Of a stretch of DNA of 64,000 nt, positions 12,654-27,145 are shown in pieces. The translations under genes were made by a program, and so were the position numbers. How positions within the stretch are numbered: the stretch's first letter is position 1; each line of letters opens with the position of its first letter. The notes under the pieces are model-generated. The model was given only the letters and a program-made list of their open reading frames with translations, was not told the origin of the DNA and ran no database searches. This stretch comes from Octopus bimaculoides (lineage: Eukaryota): assembly GCF_001194135.2 (NCBI RefSeq), contig NC_068982.1:33860833-33924832 (forward strand), given 5' to 3'.

Positions 12654-14348
12654 TGGAGGCATGCACCGTAACAGCACGTTGCTGCATCCCCCATTCAGTG
12701 GTTTCTTACTCCTAGTGGTCGACATCTTTGTTTCAGTTAGACGACAACCCTCCAACCCATGGTTCTGTTTTTGATTGTAACAATTGGTGAGGGTTTTATG
12801 AGGTCAGAGTGCAAATCCTTTATGACACACAGAAGAAATGTTGGGTCTTTTCTTTTGACATGCCAGTCCCACACAACACTAGAACAATGTGAAATGAAGT
12901 GTTTTGCTCAAAAACATAACACACCACCTGGTCTGGGAATCAAACTCAGGATCTGCTGATTGTGAATGCAACACCCTAACCACTTGGCTATGGGCAAAGA
13001 GACAGAACAAATACTGAAAAGCATCCTGTTTAATACCTTAGTGATTCTGCCTGTCCACATCTTGGACTGATACTTTATTTATCAACCCCAGAAGGTGAAG
13101 TTGACCTCAGTGGGAATTGAACTCAGAATGTAAGAAGTCAGAATAGATATTGTACAGTATTTTGTCCAACACAAAATTTCTGCCAATTTGCTATTTATAA
13201 AAGACATCCCATTATTTTAAACCCAACATTTATCTTTTGGTTTTTATCCTTTCTTCACGTGAAAAACAGACTTCAAGAAGTTGTTGGTGGTCTGCATTGG
13301 CAAGAATTATATGATGAAGCTCATAAGTTTGGATAAATTTGTATACAATAGGAAGAAGTGGAATCAGGAGTTTCATGACACTCTTCATCTGAAAAATATA
13401 TATTTTTCAACTCTCAGATAACAAATCACTTTGGCATCTTCAGATTCTTCTTCTTCCCTGACACACAAACTCAGCCAAAATCATGAACTTCATTCTTTTT
13501 TAAACCCTGCTGTGGTTCTTATCAACTGTTGTTTGTATTTTTTTTTCCTTTTGTCATATTATTTATGTTTCTCTAAATCCATTTTCTTTCCTATTTTCTC
13601 TTATGCTTTTCTGACCCTTTCGTATTTTTCTCAAGATAGCTATGGTTCCAGCATATATAATGATGTCTTACCACTGAAATAAAAGTTCACAGATTAAAAA
13701 AAAAAAGCTTCTGTCCAATGAGTCAACTAGAAATATATGGATAATAAACATCAGCCAAAATGTGCTTTTTACAGCAGATAGCATAGTTTCTGCACTCAAA
13801 AACGTCGATATCACTTTTATAATTAGGAATTAGGGAAAGAGTTGTTCCATTGCTTAGGAGCTGATAAGAGCTATTCAGTCTACTATTGATGCAAAAGGAT
13901 TGTTAGCCACAGAAAGTAGCCCACAGATATTCTACATTACATAAAATAATGAATATCCAACCGATTTTCAAACTTTGAGCCTATAAGCACACAACATACA
14001 CAGTCTGTCATGACAAAGAATGCGTCCCCTCTTCCTTAAGTTCATTATCTACCTGAGGTCCATTCATAGACAACATTGTTATACAAGACTGATCGGGCTA
14101 TCAGGATGTCTTTTACATGTTTCAGTCATTGAACTGTAGCCATTCTGGGGCACTGCCTTGAAGGGTTTTAGTGGATCCATCAACCCCAGAACGGAATTCT
14201 TAAATCTGATGCTTATTCTATTAGTCTCTTTTACTGAACTTCTAAGTTACACAGATGTACACAAACCAACATCAGTTGTCAAATGTTGGTGGGGTACAAA
14301 CACAAAGACATAAACACACACACACACACATGCACACACACATGCACA

Positions 14349-14395
<47 letters not shown>

Positions 14396-15044
14396 GGTAG
14401 GTTTGCACACAGTTTGCACACATCTACTAAATTCACTCACAAGGCATTGGTCAGCTCAGGGCTATAATAGGAGACACTTTCCCAAGGTGCCATGCAGTGG
14501 GACTGAACCCAAACTTTGTGATCGCAAACTGAGCTTCATAAGCACACAGTCACGCTCACACCAATGTATTTATAAAAAGCTAACTTAGCTTTTGAAAGAC
14601 TATTTCTTTACCTCTGAAATATTCTTAACGTGATTATAAAAACTAGACTAACACCATACGAATAAAAGCTCTCCAAAAATTTTCATGAATTTTGTTTGTA
14701 TATAATCTGTGGCATTTTATGGACCAAATATATTAAGAACAGCAGCATTCTTGTTCTGAACAAACTGAATGGAATCGAAGGCTTCTTCATCAACACACAT
14801 TCCAGACAGGTTGGCTATGTAGTAGGTACCAAAGAACTGGGAATACCTCACAAGTTCCTGTATAAGGAAATTCAATGATTTCCAGACATAATAAAATGCT
14901 AGAGGAAGAGAGAGAGGAAGGGGTTGGAGAAGGAGAGATGGGTGGAGAGGGAGTGAGAGGGGAAAAGGAGAGAGGGGTGGGAGGGAGAGAAGAGATGGAG
15001 AGGGTGAGAGAAAGAGCATGCGTATGGAGGATAAAGGAGATGGA

Positions 15045-15103
15045 GGGATAGATAGATAGACAGATAGACAGACAAACAGACAAGCAGACAGATAGATAGA
15101 TAT

Positions 15104-15135
<32 letters not shown>

Positions 15136-15171
15136 GTAGATAGCTAGATAAAGACAGACAGACAGACAGAC

Positions 15172-15226
<55 letters not shown>

Positions 15227-15241
15227 CAGACAGATAGATAG
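15045..15241. repeat. (GATA/GACA)n tetranucleotide microsatellite within a purine-rich tract
   Basis: Read directly from the sequence. It generates the spurious LSIY-repeat ORFs in the track. Confidence 0.95.
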
Positions 15242-15968
15242 CAAGAATAAGAGTGAGAAGAATATAAGAAAGAGTAATTAATGAGGGGAGAGGTAGATAG
15301 GGACTTTATTTGAAAGATGAAAGAGATAGACAGCAAGAACTGGAGTGAGATGCATGTAAACAATAGAGAGTATTTAATAAGGTCAGAGAGAGAGAGAGAG
15401 AGAAAAGAAGGGTAGCAGAGACAGAGTATGAAGATTTAAAAAATGAAAGACAGAGTAACAATGAGAGAGAGAAAGTGTAGAGTAGTGATTCTGAAACAAT
15501 ACATCACAGTACACAGATGTACAAAAAGATGGATCTATGTGTGATGCAAATTTTTAAGAATATAATTGGAATCTTTAAGAATTCCATACTAATGCTTGAA
15601 CATTTTGAAAAACTTGATCTCAAATTTAATATGTGACAGTGTTTGAACATTGGTAAATGGAGAGGCAGGAATGCCAGATAAAATATCTTGTGGTTTTTAG
15701 TTTCACCGTTCTATGCCCCCAGTCTAAATCTTGCTGGAGTTGATTTTGTTTTTCATCCTATCTCAAGAATCAAAATATAGTAGATCAATTAATGCTTCAG
15801 CTGAAAATCCTTCAAAATCTTAAGATCAAGATGTCTCCTCGCCAGAAAAGATGATGAAATCAAAAGTTTTGTGGCCAGCTGCAAATGAGAAAGTCAGTTA
15901 CAAAACTTTTGAAGAGACATGACATGTTGAAAAAGCTGACAAGAGATAGGTGTTGACTCATTTGGATG

Positions 15969-16189
15969 TACAAGGTGAGGCTGAAAAGCTGCTGGCTTTA
16001 AGGGTATCACAAAAGACCTGATTGGAGGCCCAACCGTCCAAGTTATTTTAAAAGGCTTAGAAAAACTGAAAGAACACTACAATAAGTCTGGGAATCTGAG
16101 AGGGGAATATGTTCAATAAAACCATAATTAATTGATCCACTTGTGTTTTCTTTTACCCAAAGCCAGGAACTTTACAGCCCTCCTTTGTA
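15969..16189 (+). mobile_element. Internally deleted mariner derivative (MITE)
   Basis: Imperfect TIRs TACAAGGTGAGGCTGAAAAGCTGCTGGCTTT / AAAGCCAGGAACTTTACAGCCCTCCTTTGTA. Internal residue GLEKLKEHYNKSGNLRGEYVQ* resembles the mariner C-terminus. Confidence 0.75.
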
Positions 16190-19170
16190 TAGGTGTGAAA
16201 TAGGTACCTCTTTTCCTGTATGGCAAGTCAAACTTATCTGACTATGATTTGTATGGTGCTGGTGACCTTGAGATGAAGGACTTTTGACTGAATGCTGACA
16301 GTTAAATACTAGTCATTTAGTCCAGTAGGCAGGGCCTCACGTCAGTGAGAGGTGGAGTGGCTGGGTGTTGGGGGTTGCTGCTCTGTAAAGCCATCAAGAG
16401 GAAGGCTCAAAAACAGTGTGCATTCTCTCCTGATGACCCTCAAAATCTATGGGCATCTTGTGTGCAGAGCTTTTGATTACAGCATTTACACAAGTAAGCT
16501 CTGAGGTAGAATCTACTGACTATCTTCCCTCCCTATAAATTAGTAAGTTTGAGTAAAAGTTAGAAATTAACATATGAATATTAATCAAAACTAATCAAAA
16601 TGTTAATCAAAACTAGTCAGATATAGTTTTGAATCAACTTCATATAGAGAAACATGCTTGATTAAATATTTATGCAAATATGAATAATCCAAACTATGGA
16701 AGATCATTGTCTGAAAGGATATGTTTGTTTCTAACAATGCATCTTTCAAGCTAAAAAAATGATAAAGCTTATATAATAATTAGATTTCTAGATGACTGCA
16801 TGAACATATATTATTGATACACTATTTGAAGTAAAGCCAGATTAGTGATATAAGGTTGTAAACCTCATTAAACTTTGGCCTCATAATATGTTGACTGTTT
16901 TGACTCCAACTCTACGATGCACACATACGCACAGACACACACACACATGCACACACAGACATACACACACATGCACACACATACACAAACACACATGCGC
17001 ACGCACACGCACACACACACACACACACATTTAAACTTAACAAAACACACTCCAACTCTCCTTCTCACTTTGATTTTTTGCCAAGAAAGAAAATCTTTTC
17101 CCCACAACACAACAAAACAACAATAATACGTCTCTTCTCTCAGCCATTTGCAGTGTGCTTCAAAACAAGCTTTTTATACCATTAAACGATTCAGTCTTTC
17201 TCTGTCTATAAGGATATTTCCTAATCTAGAGAAAGAACTTGTAAGGAGGGTATTGATCAAACAATGCATCAGTCTAGCACCTAATTATCTGTGGGAGTCT
17301 CCTATCCTTTTTGACATCACAGAGACAGTGAATGGTCTTGAAAGGAGACAGTGTAACCAAATTTGAGAGAGAGAGGGGGATGGGGGGAGAAGAATCAACC
17401 CCTAGCCTTAACTAGTACCTTATTTATTGACTCTCAAAGCGATGGAAGATAAAACTGACCTCAGCAAGATTTAAACTCAAAAAAACAGAAAGCCGGAACA
17501 AATATTGCAAAACATTCTATCCAACACTCTACCAATTCATAGTAATTAACATTAGAGCACTGTTCATCTGTTTAAAATGGTTAGTACTGCTGCTACACAC
17601 ACAAGCATCATAAAAAAAGCTGGTACTTAATTGGTTACAGCAACAAGGGTTCCAGTTGATCTGATCAACAGAACAGCCTGCTCGTGAAATTAATGCACAA
17701 GTGGCTGAGCAAGCCATTAACATACATACCTTTAATGTGGTTCCCAAGGAGATTCAGAATGACACAGAATATGACAAGGTTAGCCCTTTGAATTACTGGT
17801 ACAACTCATTTTTGCCAGCTGAGTGGACTTGAGTGATGTGAAATAAAGTGTCTTGCTCAAGAGCACAAGGCACTGCCAGGTATCAAACTCACGTCCTTAT
17901 GATCATGAGTCAAATATCCTAACCACTAAGCTACATGCCTTCAAACAAAAGCATCATAGATTGTATCAAATAGGAAGCTATTCATGTGATAGACAAATAT
18001 TCACTCACCAACACATAACATTCATTGGTTCATAGATGTACAATTTTTTCTCTTTTCCTTTCTGTCACTGTTATAACTGTCTATATTTCTCTCATCTAAC
18101 AAGCTGCATACCACTTTAATCATATCTCTGGCCTTTCCTCTTTTTCCTCCTCTAATCTCACCTGTGATTCATTCTTCAGATGAGCAATTAAATGTTTTGG
18201 GATTTGAGGAAGGAATCACAGTCTTCTGGGAATTTCTAGACTTTTCAGTAGACTTTAGCCTACAGATGTTCAATCTAAATATGAACAGCAATGATCTCAC
18301 CAAGCTTAGAGAGCCTACAGAAATGTTTATCATTACCCCTCCTCCTTTAATTAATTTATAAATAAAAAAAAGCTTGAAAGAGAAACTCTACATCATTGCT
18401 TGACTTGCTAAACATAGCAGACAAACCTTCCATCAAATTGTACCCTACTGTCTTAAATATGGAGTGATACATTGGTAGGGTGCAATTTGATGGAAGATTT
18501 ATTTGTTATTGACCATGGGTTTGCAAGTCAAGGCTCACCTAAAGTTAAGAATAACTAATTAATCAAAAATACATACATTCTGACTCGAAAGAAGAGGGGG
18601 TTTAGTAAATCCAGGCAAATACCTCTGAAAGCACTCCATGTAATCAAAACCTAGCTACATATTGACTTGGATATTTACATTTAATTATGTCATACTGATT
18701 AATACTAGACATATTAAATCAATAAAATTATATAGAACCAAAACTAAGAAAGTGTACTTTATTCAGAAATAGATTATTACAGTAATTAGTATTTACTGCA
18801 TTCACATTTGCTTCCAGCCATTTCTTTTATTTTTCTATTTTCTTCTTATGTTCATATTACCTCACAATGTTCATATTACCTGCAATGTTCACATTACCAA
18901 CTGCAAAAAGAATTAAGATATTAGTTCCTTTGGGCAAGCTTTCTCTGAATTCTGTCCTATAAAGTTCCAATAAGTAGAAGTGAAGATGAAACAGAACATA
19001 TATTAAAGTAATGAAGAACAAAGCCTGAGCATTAGGTTTCTCTTTGAGTGTGGAGTTATTGCAAATCCTATATTTATATTTGTATCAAGTGTCTGTGATA
19101 CTGACTTTAGTCTTCAAAAACAACTGATCTCCTCACTGCCACTATTGCCATCCTCTTCTTCCTCCTTTAA

Positions 19171-19392
19171 CCCTTTAGCATTTAAACTAGCCATATCTAA
19201 CCAAAATATTTCATCTGTTTTATGTTCAAATCAGCCATATCCAGCCTCTCACACTTAACCAAAAATGCAATTCTAAAAATAAGCTATCACATCATCAAAA
19301 TCTCAATGCTACAAGATAATGCATGATTAGTTCAAAACATTGTGAATATAAATAAGCATTACATTTGACAGAGCAATCTGAATGCTAAACAG
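19171..19392. mobile_element. piggyBac-like MITE
   Basis: TTAA|CCCTTTAGCATT ... AATGCTAAACAG|TTAA. A homologous copy lies at 40592-40806. Confidence 0.75.
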
Positions 19393-22300
19393 TTAATATC
19401 CATCTTTCATGTTGGCATAGACTGGACAATTTGACTGGATCTAACAGGTCTGAGAACTACGTGGCTGCATGCCCTTCCAAATGCCAACCACTTCATAGAG
19501 TGTTCTCTATCATAAATGTTATTAGATGTTTCATTACTACCAGCATTTTATTGGTCTCTTTACCATCACTGAGACAGCCTCAATGTGTTGCTAGAATTAC
19601 CTGTCAAATCTCTCCCAAATCATACCCTACCATCATAAAAAAAGGACATATTAATTTATGTAGTCCTAGATACACTATACCAGAAAATAAAAAGTGTAGA
19701 ACAGTCATTGTTGGAACACTTTAATCATAGGTCTGCTTGAGCAAAACTTTAACAAGCCTAGAAGGGATCCTGTACATGGCTGTTCAACCTGTTAGAAGTA
19801 ACAGCCAAATCTTCTTAATATTACACCATATCATCTTAAATGAATAGGGATACACTGGACAACATAGTACTCATTGATATTTTTGATGACAGCATGGTCA
19901 AAGCTGGAGTGCCTTTGATCTGAGCAGAAACAACAATAACAAAAATTTTTACAACAGACTCTAATCGATTGAAAATAGCCTCTACTGAGCTTAAATTTAT
20001 TTTTTGATTTCAAATGTAGGAAATTTAATATAATTCATTATATTGGTACTGACATGGCTGGGTGGTTGAGAAGCTTGCTTTACAACAATGTGGTTTCAGG
20101 TTCAATCTCACTGTGTGACACCTTGGGCAAATGTCTTCTACTAAAGCCCTAGACTGACATGAATTAGTGACGATAAACTTTTTCCTTTATGGTATTATAT
20201 TGTGCCTAGCTGTTTATATCAATTTTTAATATATATATATATATATATATGGGCATATGGCTTCTGCTATAGCCTTGGGCTGACCAAAGCCTTGTAAGTG
20301 GAATTGGTAGACGGAAACTGAAAGAGGTCCATCGTATACATATATATATATGTGTGCATGTGTGTGTGTGTATGTGTATGTTTGTATGTATATATTTATG
20401 TGTGTGTGTCTTTGTGTCCATGTTTGTCCCCCCCCACCATCACTTGACAACTGATAGTGGTGTGTTTATGTCCCCGTAACTTAACAGTTCAGCAAAATAG
20501 ACCAACAGAATAAGTACTAGGCTTACAAAGAATAAGTCCTGGGGTTGATTTCTTTGACTCTAAAATCCCTTTAAGGCAATGCTCCAGCATGGCTGCAGTC
20601 AAATGACTGAAACAAGTAAATGAATAAAAGAATACACACACACATATATATGTATGTATATATATATATATATGTTTATATATGTATGTATATATGTGTG
20701 TGTGTGTGTCTTTGTGATTGTCCTCCACCTCACTGCTTGACAACTGGTGTTCCTTTGCTTACATCCTCATAATTTAGTGGCAAAAGACTTATAGAAGAAG
20801 GACCAGACTTATAAAAAAATAAGTACCAGGTGTTGATTTGTTTGATTAAAATCATTCAATACCATGCTTCAACATGCCTGCAGTCCAATGACTAAAATAA
20901 GTAAAAGATAAAAGATAAAAAGATAAAAGATCTCGTACACCCTTAACCTATTTGTTCTGCTTTATTTCTAGAAACTTCTCTAAACGTGTTTCTTGCTGAT
21001 ATAAAGTGCAGCATTTTTTTACATTCATCTCCTTCCTAAGTACTTTCCAGAACAGGATATACGCTAGCACACCTCTCCCTCTCTTAACTGTTTTGAAGCC
21101 ATACTTTTCTTTCTCCTCCACTTCATCTGTAATGTTGTTCCCTTCTGTATAGGTTACTTCAACCATTCACAATAAAATTACTTGCTGTTCAATGAAAACT
21201 ATCAACAAACAACTCAGAGCATCACTATATTTGTATAATTTTGAGATATATTTGATAATATTATTTTAAGTAATACTGATAATAATGATTACGTATTGTT
21301 AAACTTTGAGACTCTTTGAACAAACAAGATGCCACAAGCCTCTTAACCAAATAGTTTTTGACCTCCAAAACATTCTTTCACAGATAAAATATTTTAATTA
21401 AAAATCCAATCTAATTAGATTAAGATAATTTATCTTAAGAAGGGTTAAAAAATAAGCATTAATCATCTAGAGCAACGGCTCTTAATATTCTGTTTTGTTT
21501 TTTTCTTACTCATGGCCACTTTTGAATTCAAAAATTTATCTATCTTTGTGGATGCCCACATAAACATTACACTGTGTAACAAAATTAAATTTTTTTTTAT
21601 TTTTGGCCAGTAAGTGCTATTTCCTATTTGCTTTTATCTAGAAATCAAAGGAAATGACTATTATTCCTTTAAAACTTTGCTTTTGTGACCTGGGCATCAG
21701 TATTTTGAAACTGACCTATTTTCAATTATGTTTCATTGAGTTGCTGAAGCAGAAATATTGATGTAGCAAATATTCTGCTCAATACCACAGATTTACTTGT
21801 CAATTGCTTGACCTTAACCACTTGAGCATGTTCTTTAGTGGCTGACAGTATTTGCATCTCTGATCATGAGCAGGAGTAGCCATGTGTTTGAGAGGGTTCA
21901 TTTGAGGTTTGAATAAATATCAAAACAGAAGCAAAGTTTGGAGGAAATATTAACCATTTTCCATATTTTCTAGGGGAAAGCAAATAGGAAATAACAGTCG
22001 CTATCCATGGACAAAAATCATTGTTACACAGTGTTTTTAGTTGAAAACTTATAACAAAAACAAAAGCAAACTATTTTATCATTTGCAATGTACATTATTT
22101 CCAGCTTTAGTAACATGCAAAAATAACTACTTTTATTGAGGTAAAGATACTTGTCTTTTGAGTTCACATTATCATCCTTACCACCTTATTTTTTATCAAA
22201 AGCCTCTTTCACTTTCGCATTTCCTCTGTACACCACATTCTGTCAATGGTAGCTTCATGTTCATCTCTCACTGTTTCCACCCCTATGTACTTCTGACCTT

Positions 22301-22782
22301 GTCCCTGGCACCATGCATCTCTCATACACTGCTCATCTGTACTGCCTCTAGCTTTTCTCTCCCAAAACTGATATTCACCAATGACCATACCTCTACCTAT
22401 GTTCACAATTCACTGCATTCAACTCTCTTTCTATCTCTATCCATCTGCCTCTCTCATTTTACTCTCTTACAAACTTAATAACTCATTCACCTCTGGATCA
22501 CTTCTCTTATGGTAACTTGAGGTAGCCATGTAGCCCCAGCAAAATACCTGTTTCTGTCACTCTATCATAGTTTAGCTTCCCATAACCTGGCATAAAACCA
22601 CTTCTCTTAATACTATACCACCCTCAGTTGAAGTGCCTTGTTTTGTGATTGGCATTAAGAAGGGCCTACCAACTGTAGAAGCCATCCCAAAGCAGACATT
22701 GGAGCTTGGTGTAGTCCTATTGATTGTTGGCTCCTGCCAAACCATCCAAGTCATGCCAGTATGGAAAACAGATGTTAAAAAA

Positions 22783-22825
<43 letters not shown>

Positions 22826-23680
22826 GATTGATGATGATGATGACGAAGACGACGATGATGATGATGATCATAAAGTTGTGTTTTAGCAAATTAAATTCTA
22901 TTAAGACATAAATATGCACAAGTCACACAAGCTAAAAGGATTGCTAAAAATTAACTTAATTCATATCTAATTAAAAAGTAAAATTTAAGCATAAAATATA
23001 TTTAAAAATGTTATTGATTAACATTTTATTAAGTAAGAGCCTTGTGGCTAATACAAACTTGAACGTTTTTCAACATCTACCTGCAGTGTTGTTAATGACA
23101 AATTAAGATTACCCCTTCTTCATAATATTAAAGTAAGTGTAAGCTTTTTATAACCAGATTCAACAAAATAAGAAATGGTAAAAACAATGACATACAACTT
23201 TACTTTCTCTCAGAAAAGCAAACATGTCACAGCAGTTTCACTACTTCTCCATTAGTTATGCTTGCCAAGTTTGGATATAGCTTCAGCTGTTTCATCATTA
23301 ATTTTAATGATGCTTTGCTATAATTTTATATCAGATCTCTTGTATTTAGCTGAAATGGCTACATCATCGAATATGGAATGCTTATCTCTTAGCAAGTCAC
23401 TGAAATGAACTTTCTCACCCAGGGCTATCTTAAGACTTGAGCACACTGGGCAGGTGCCCCAAGGCCTTCTGACCTATGTGTGTGGTAGCTTGCTGTAAAT
23501 AAATAAGTACACTAGGGTCAGTTTATTGATTTGCCTGGGGGCCTACAATGCTGCCCAGTTCCTATCACTATATAAATGCTTCAAACTCTCAACATATGCA
23601 GAAAGGTTATCATCACCTTACAGTTCAGTGTCAATGCTAACTAGGGCCAGAAACTGCTCCAACTAACAACATTGTATATT

Positions 23681-24075
23681 GCAGGAGTGGCTGTGTGGTA
23701 AGTAGCTTGCTTACCAACCACATGGTTCCGGGTTCAGTCCCATTGCGTGGCACCTTGGGCAAGTGTCTTCTACTATAGCCTCGGGCTGACCAAAGCCTTG
23801 TCAGTGGATTTGGTAGACGGAAACTGAAAGAAGCCTGTCGTATATATGTATATATATATGTATGTATGTGTGTTTGTGTGTCTGTGTTTGTCCCCCCACC
23901 ATCGTTTGACAACCGATGCTGGTGTGTTTACGTCCCCGTAACTTAGCGGTTTGGCAAAAAGAGACCGATAGAATAAGTACTAGGCTTACAAAGAATAAGT
24001 CCTGGGGTCGATTTTCTCCACTAAAGGCGGTGCTCCAGCATGGCCACAGTCAAATGACTGAAACAAGTAAAAGAG
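23681..24075 (+). mobile_element. Full-length tRNA-derived SINE, family A
   Basis: A box TGGCTGTGTGG, B box GGTTCAGTCCC, CORE-like ccttgggcaagt block, internal (TA/TG)n and 3' tail. More than 15 partial copies occur across the window, e.g. 9030-9170, 12086-12240, 14400-14530, 20260-20620, 30610-30770, 36620-36840, 38500-38850, 45860-46230 and 61900-62240. Confidence 0.9.
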
Positions 24076-24576
24076 TAACTCTGAATAATTTGAGTTTCTC
24101 AATGAAGCAGTATTAGCCTCTTTGCAAGATGTAAGATTATAGTCCAAACCCACTCACTACCCTCTTACAGTTTATTCAATAAATTTAGCTTTTGAACTAT
24201 ATTTGAGATGTAAAATGTATCACACCTGGTAACAACCAACTTCTCACCAAACTGTTTACTATTCAGAAATGTCTCAAAGGGCAATAATTGCATTCCTTTT
24301 TCTTTTAGTTATTGCTAGTTATCTTTATAAACCTTGCTGAAACTTATTATTTCTATACTTGTAAATCTCATAGGGTTAGTTTTGTTGAAATGAATAAGTT
24401 TAGTTGCTGTGAGGAGTAGAGGAACTGCCATTGTGATCACAGCCTCTTCAGTTGAGTTTAGAGTGTTTGGTACGATTACTTCAGTAATCACCAGCAGAAA
24501 ATTATAAAGCTTGTGAGTTTGTTTAAGGTGATTGGTGGTGAGATTAGATACAAGATTTGGGACAGAACTTCATCTT

Positions 24577-24808
24577 ATTTCTTTACTGCCCACAAGAGGC
24601 TAAACATAGAGGGGACAAACAAGGACAGACAAAGGAATTAAGTCAATTACAACGACCCCAGTGCGTAACTGGTACTTAATTTATCGACCCCGAAAGGATG
24701 AAAGGCAAAGTCGACCTCAGCGGAATTTGAACTCAGAATGTAACGGCAGACGAAATACCGCTAAGCATTTCGCCTGGTGTGCTAACGGTTCTGCCAGCTC
24801 GCCACCTT
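24577..24808 (-). mobile_element. tRNA-derived SINE, family C, with 16-bp TSD
   Basis: Perfect direct repeat GACAGAACTTCATCTT at 24561-24576 and 24809-24824. B box GAGTTCAAATTCC on the - strand. Confidence 0.9.
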
Positions 24809-25418
24809 GACAGAACTTCATCTTGGTAACAAAAAATTCTGGATAGTGCTAAGCACGCATATATAAGTTAAGAAGGGATGAAAAAAGGGTGATAGACAAG
24901 TCAAGTTGGCATAGAGTGAAAAAATAATAAAGAATCATAATTCAGTGGGGGTGGCGTGTCATTGTAGCTGGGTGTAAAACAGTATATTTTATTATCTCCT
25001 GATATAAGAATGAGTGTAGTGTTTTTATATATTTGTATATATATATATATATATATATATGAATTTGTCCAAAATCAAGCAGTGGGAGTGAATGGTGAAA
25101 GAAGAGGAGAGAAAATAGTAAATCAGTGAAGGAGAAGTAGTGAGAGTAATAGCTATGACTGAGAGGAAGTGAAAAACAGTAATAGCAATGAGAGAAAGGA
25201 AGTGGTAAAGAGAGCATCATGTATCTTCTACTATAACAATCTACTATAATAATACTGTTGTGTAGTTCTCCAACACAACATATGAATGAGAAAGAAAGGA
25301 GTGTTCAACTGATGGAAGTGGGATGGTGAAAAGTCAATGGTGAAACAAAAATCAAACAGCGCCTTAACTCTGTGTGAATATACGCGTGTGCATGTAAAAA
25401 GGGAGGAATGTGAATGTT

Positions 25419-25449
<31 letters not shown>

Positions 25450-26835
25450 TTGTGTACAATATATTTATATATTTGAGTGAGTATATATGTGTTTGTGTAT
25501 GTTTATTTAGAAAGATATATAGAAAATAGAATTAGAGACACATGCGCATTTACACATACATATATATATATATATAAACAGACACACTTAAAAAGGAAGG
25601 AAGCGGGCTGTGACAATGTATAGAAAACCATGTTCGCTACAGACTGTGCTACTCATACATATAAATGTATACATATGCACGCACGCACACAGAGTTGAAG
25701 CACTGTTTGATTTTTTTTCAACTTTTTTGTAACCTTTTTATATATAAAATAATACAATTAGCTGTCATTTTTGATGGTACAGGGTCAACTAGTAATAAAT
25801 AAATCTCCATCTAGAGTGACCAGATAGAGAAAGTGAAATGTGAAAGAGAGGTGGATAACATGTTGTTAAACAGATACTGGTGTAGAGAGGAGAGGATACT
25901 CATAATATGGTCAGTAGATGGAATTACATGATAGACCAAGAGATAAACAAGTGTTTAGCAACATAAATGCAAATGTATCCAAGAAAGGAAGGGTTATATA
26001 TATAATCTATATAAAGAAGTGTAATGTGGACTGATAGCCAAGTGTGTAAGAGGAGCTTTCTGTGATAGGTGTATGATTCTCTGAATCCTCATTTTGTATT
26101 ACTCATTTATATATGTGTGTGTGTCGTCGTCGTCGTTTAACGTCCGCTTTCCATGCTAGCATGGGTTGGACGATTTTACTGAGGACTGGTGAAACCAGAT
26201 GGCTACACCAGGCTCCAATCTGATTTGGCAGAGTTTCTACAGCTGGATGCCCTTCCTAACGCCAACTACTCAGAGAGTGTAGTGGGTGCTTTTACGTGTC
26301 ACCCGCACGAAGGCCAGTCAGGCGGTACTGGCAACGGCCACGCTCATCTAGCTCGAAAAACCTCATGTGTCACCCGCACAAGAGCCAGCCCAGGGGTACA
26401 AAGAAGTGGGTGCTGTTACATATATGTATGTGTGTGTTTACACACACATGTATATATATGTATATATACAGTATATGAAATGTATATATTGGTGGTCTCA
26501 GAGGAGGTTAGTATGTACTGGGAGCAGGTTATTGGTAGATATGCATATATTTCTATATGCATTTTTAATTCCATAGGTTGTATGAAGTGCTGCTGATATT
26601 TATGGTGTTGAAATTAGCACAAATATGAAATATAAGNNNNNNNNNNNNNNNNNNNNNNNNNNNNNNNNNNNNNNNNNNNNNNNNNNNNNNNNNNNNNNNN
26701 NNNNNNNNNNNNNNNNNNNNNNNNNNNNNNNNNNNNNNNNNNNNNNNNNNNNNNNNNNNNNNNNNNNNNNNNNNNNNNNNNNNNNNNNNNNNNNNNNNNN
26801 NNNNNNNNNNNNNNNNNNNNNNNNNNNNNNNNNNN

Positions 26836-27145
26836 GCACTGGCAACGATCCCGCTCGAAAGATTTCATGTGTCACCTGCACATGAGCCAGTCCAGGGGCA
26901 CTGGCAACGATGGCGCTCGAAAGATTTCATGTGTTGCCCGCACATGAGCCAGTCCAGGGGCACTGGCAACGATCTCGCTCGAAAATCCTACGACGGCCCC
27001 ACACAAGAGCCAGTTCAGGGGCACTGGCAACAATCCCGCTTGAAAGATTTCATGTGTCGCCCGCACATGAGCCAGTTCAGGGGCACCGGCAACGATCTTG
27101 CTCGAAAAACCTCATGTGTCACCCGCACAAGAGCCAGCCCAGGGG
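26836..27145 (+). repeat. 62-bp minisatellite (about 5 units) within repeat family B
   Basis: Units begin GCAC(T/C)GGCAAC at 26836, 26898, 26960, 27021 and 27083. Confidence 0.9.

Noticed and set aside
13300-13470. Possible exon on the - strand (tatatatttttcag|AT GAA GAG TGT...)
   Set aside because: The frames close quickly, there is no recognisable homology, and I found no partner exon.
16426-16460. CTGATGA followed by a CCC/GGG stem
   Set aside because: There is no GAAA after the stem and no stem I or III partner.
18160-18320. Strong donor CAG|GTGAGA on the - strand
   Set aside because: All three frames upstream of the donor contain stops. At best it is a non-coding exon, and there is no support for that.
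26175-26200. CTGAGGA...GAAA in repeat family B as a hammerhead
   Set aside because: The GAAA is the loop of the CTGGT/ACCAG hairpin rather than following stem II, so the topology is wrong.
26836-27145. Regularly spaced repeats resembling a CRISPR array
   Set aside because: The whole 62-bp unit repeats with no unique spacers, there are no cas genes, and the context is eukaryotic. It is a minisatellite.
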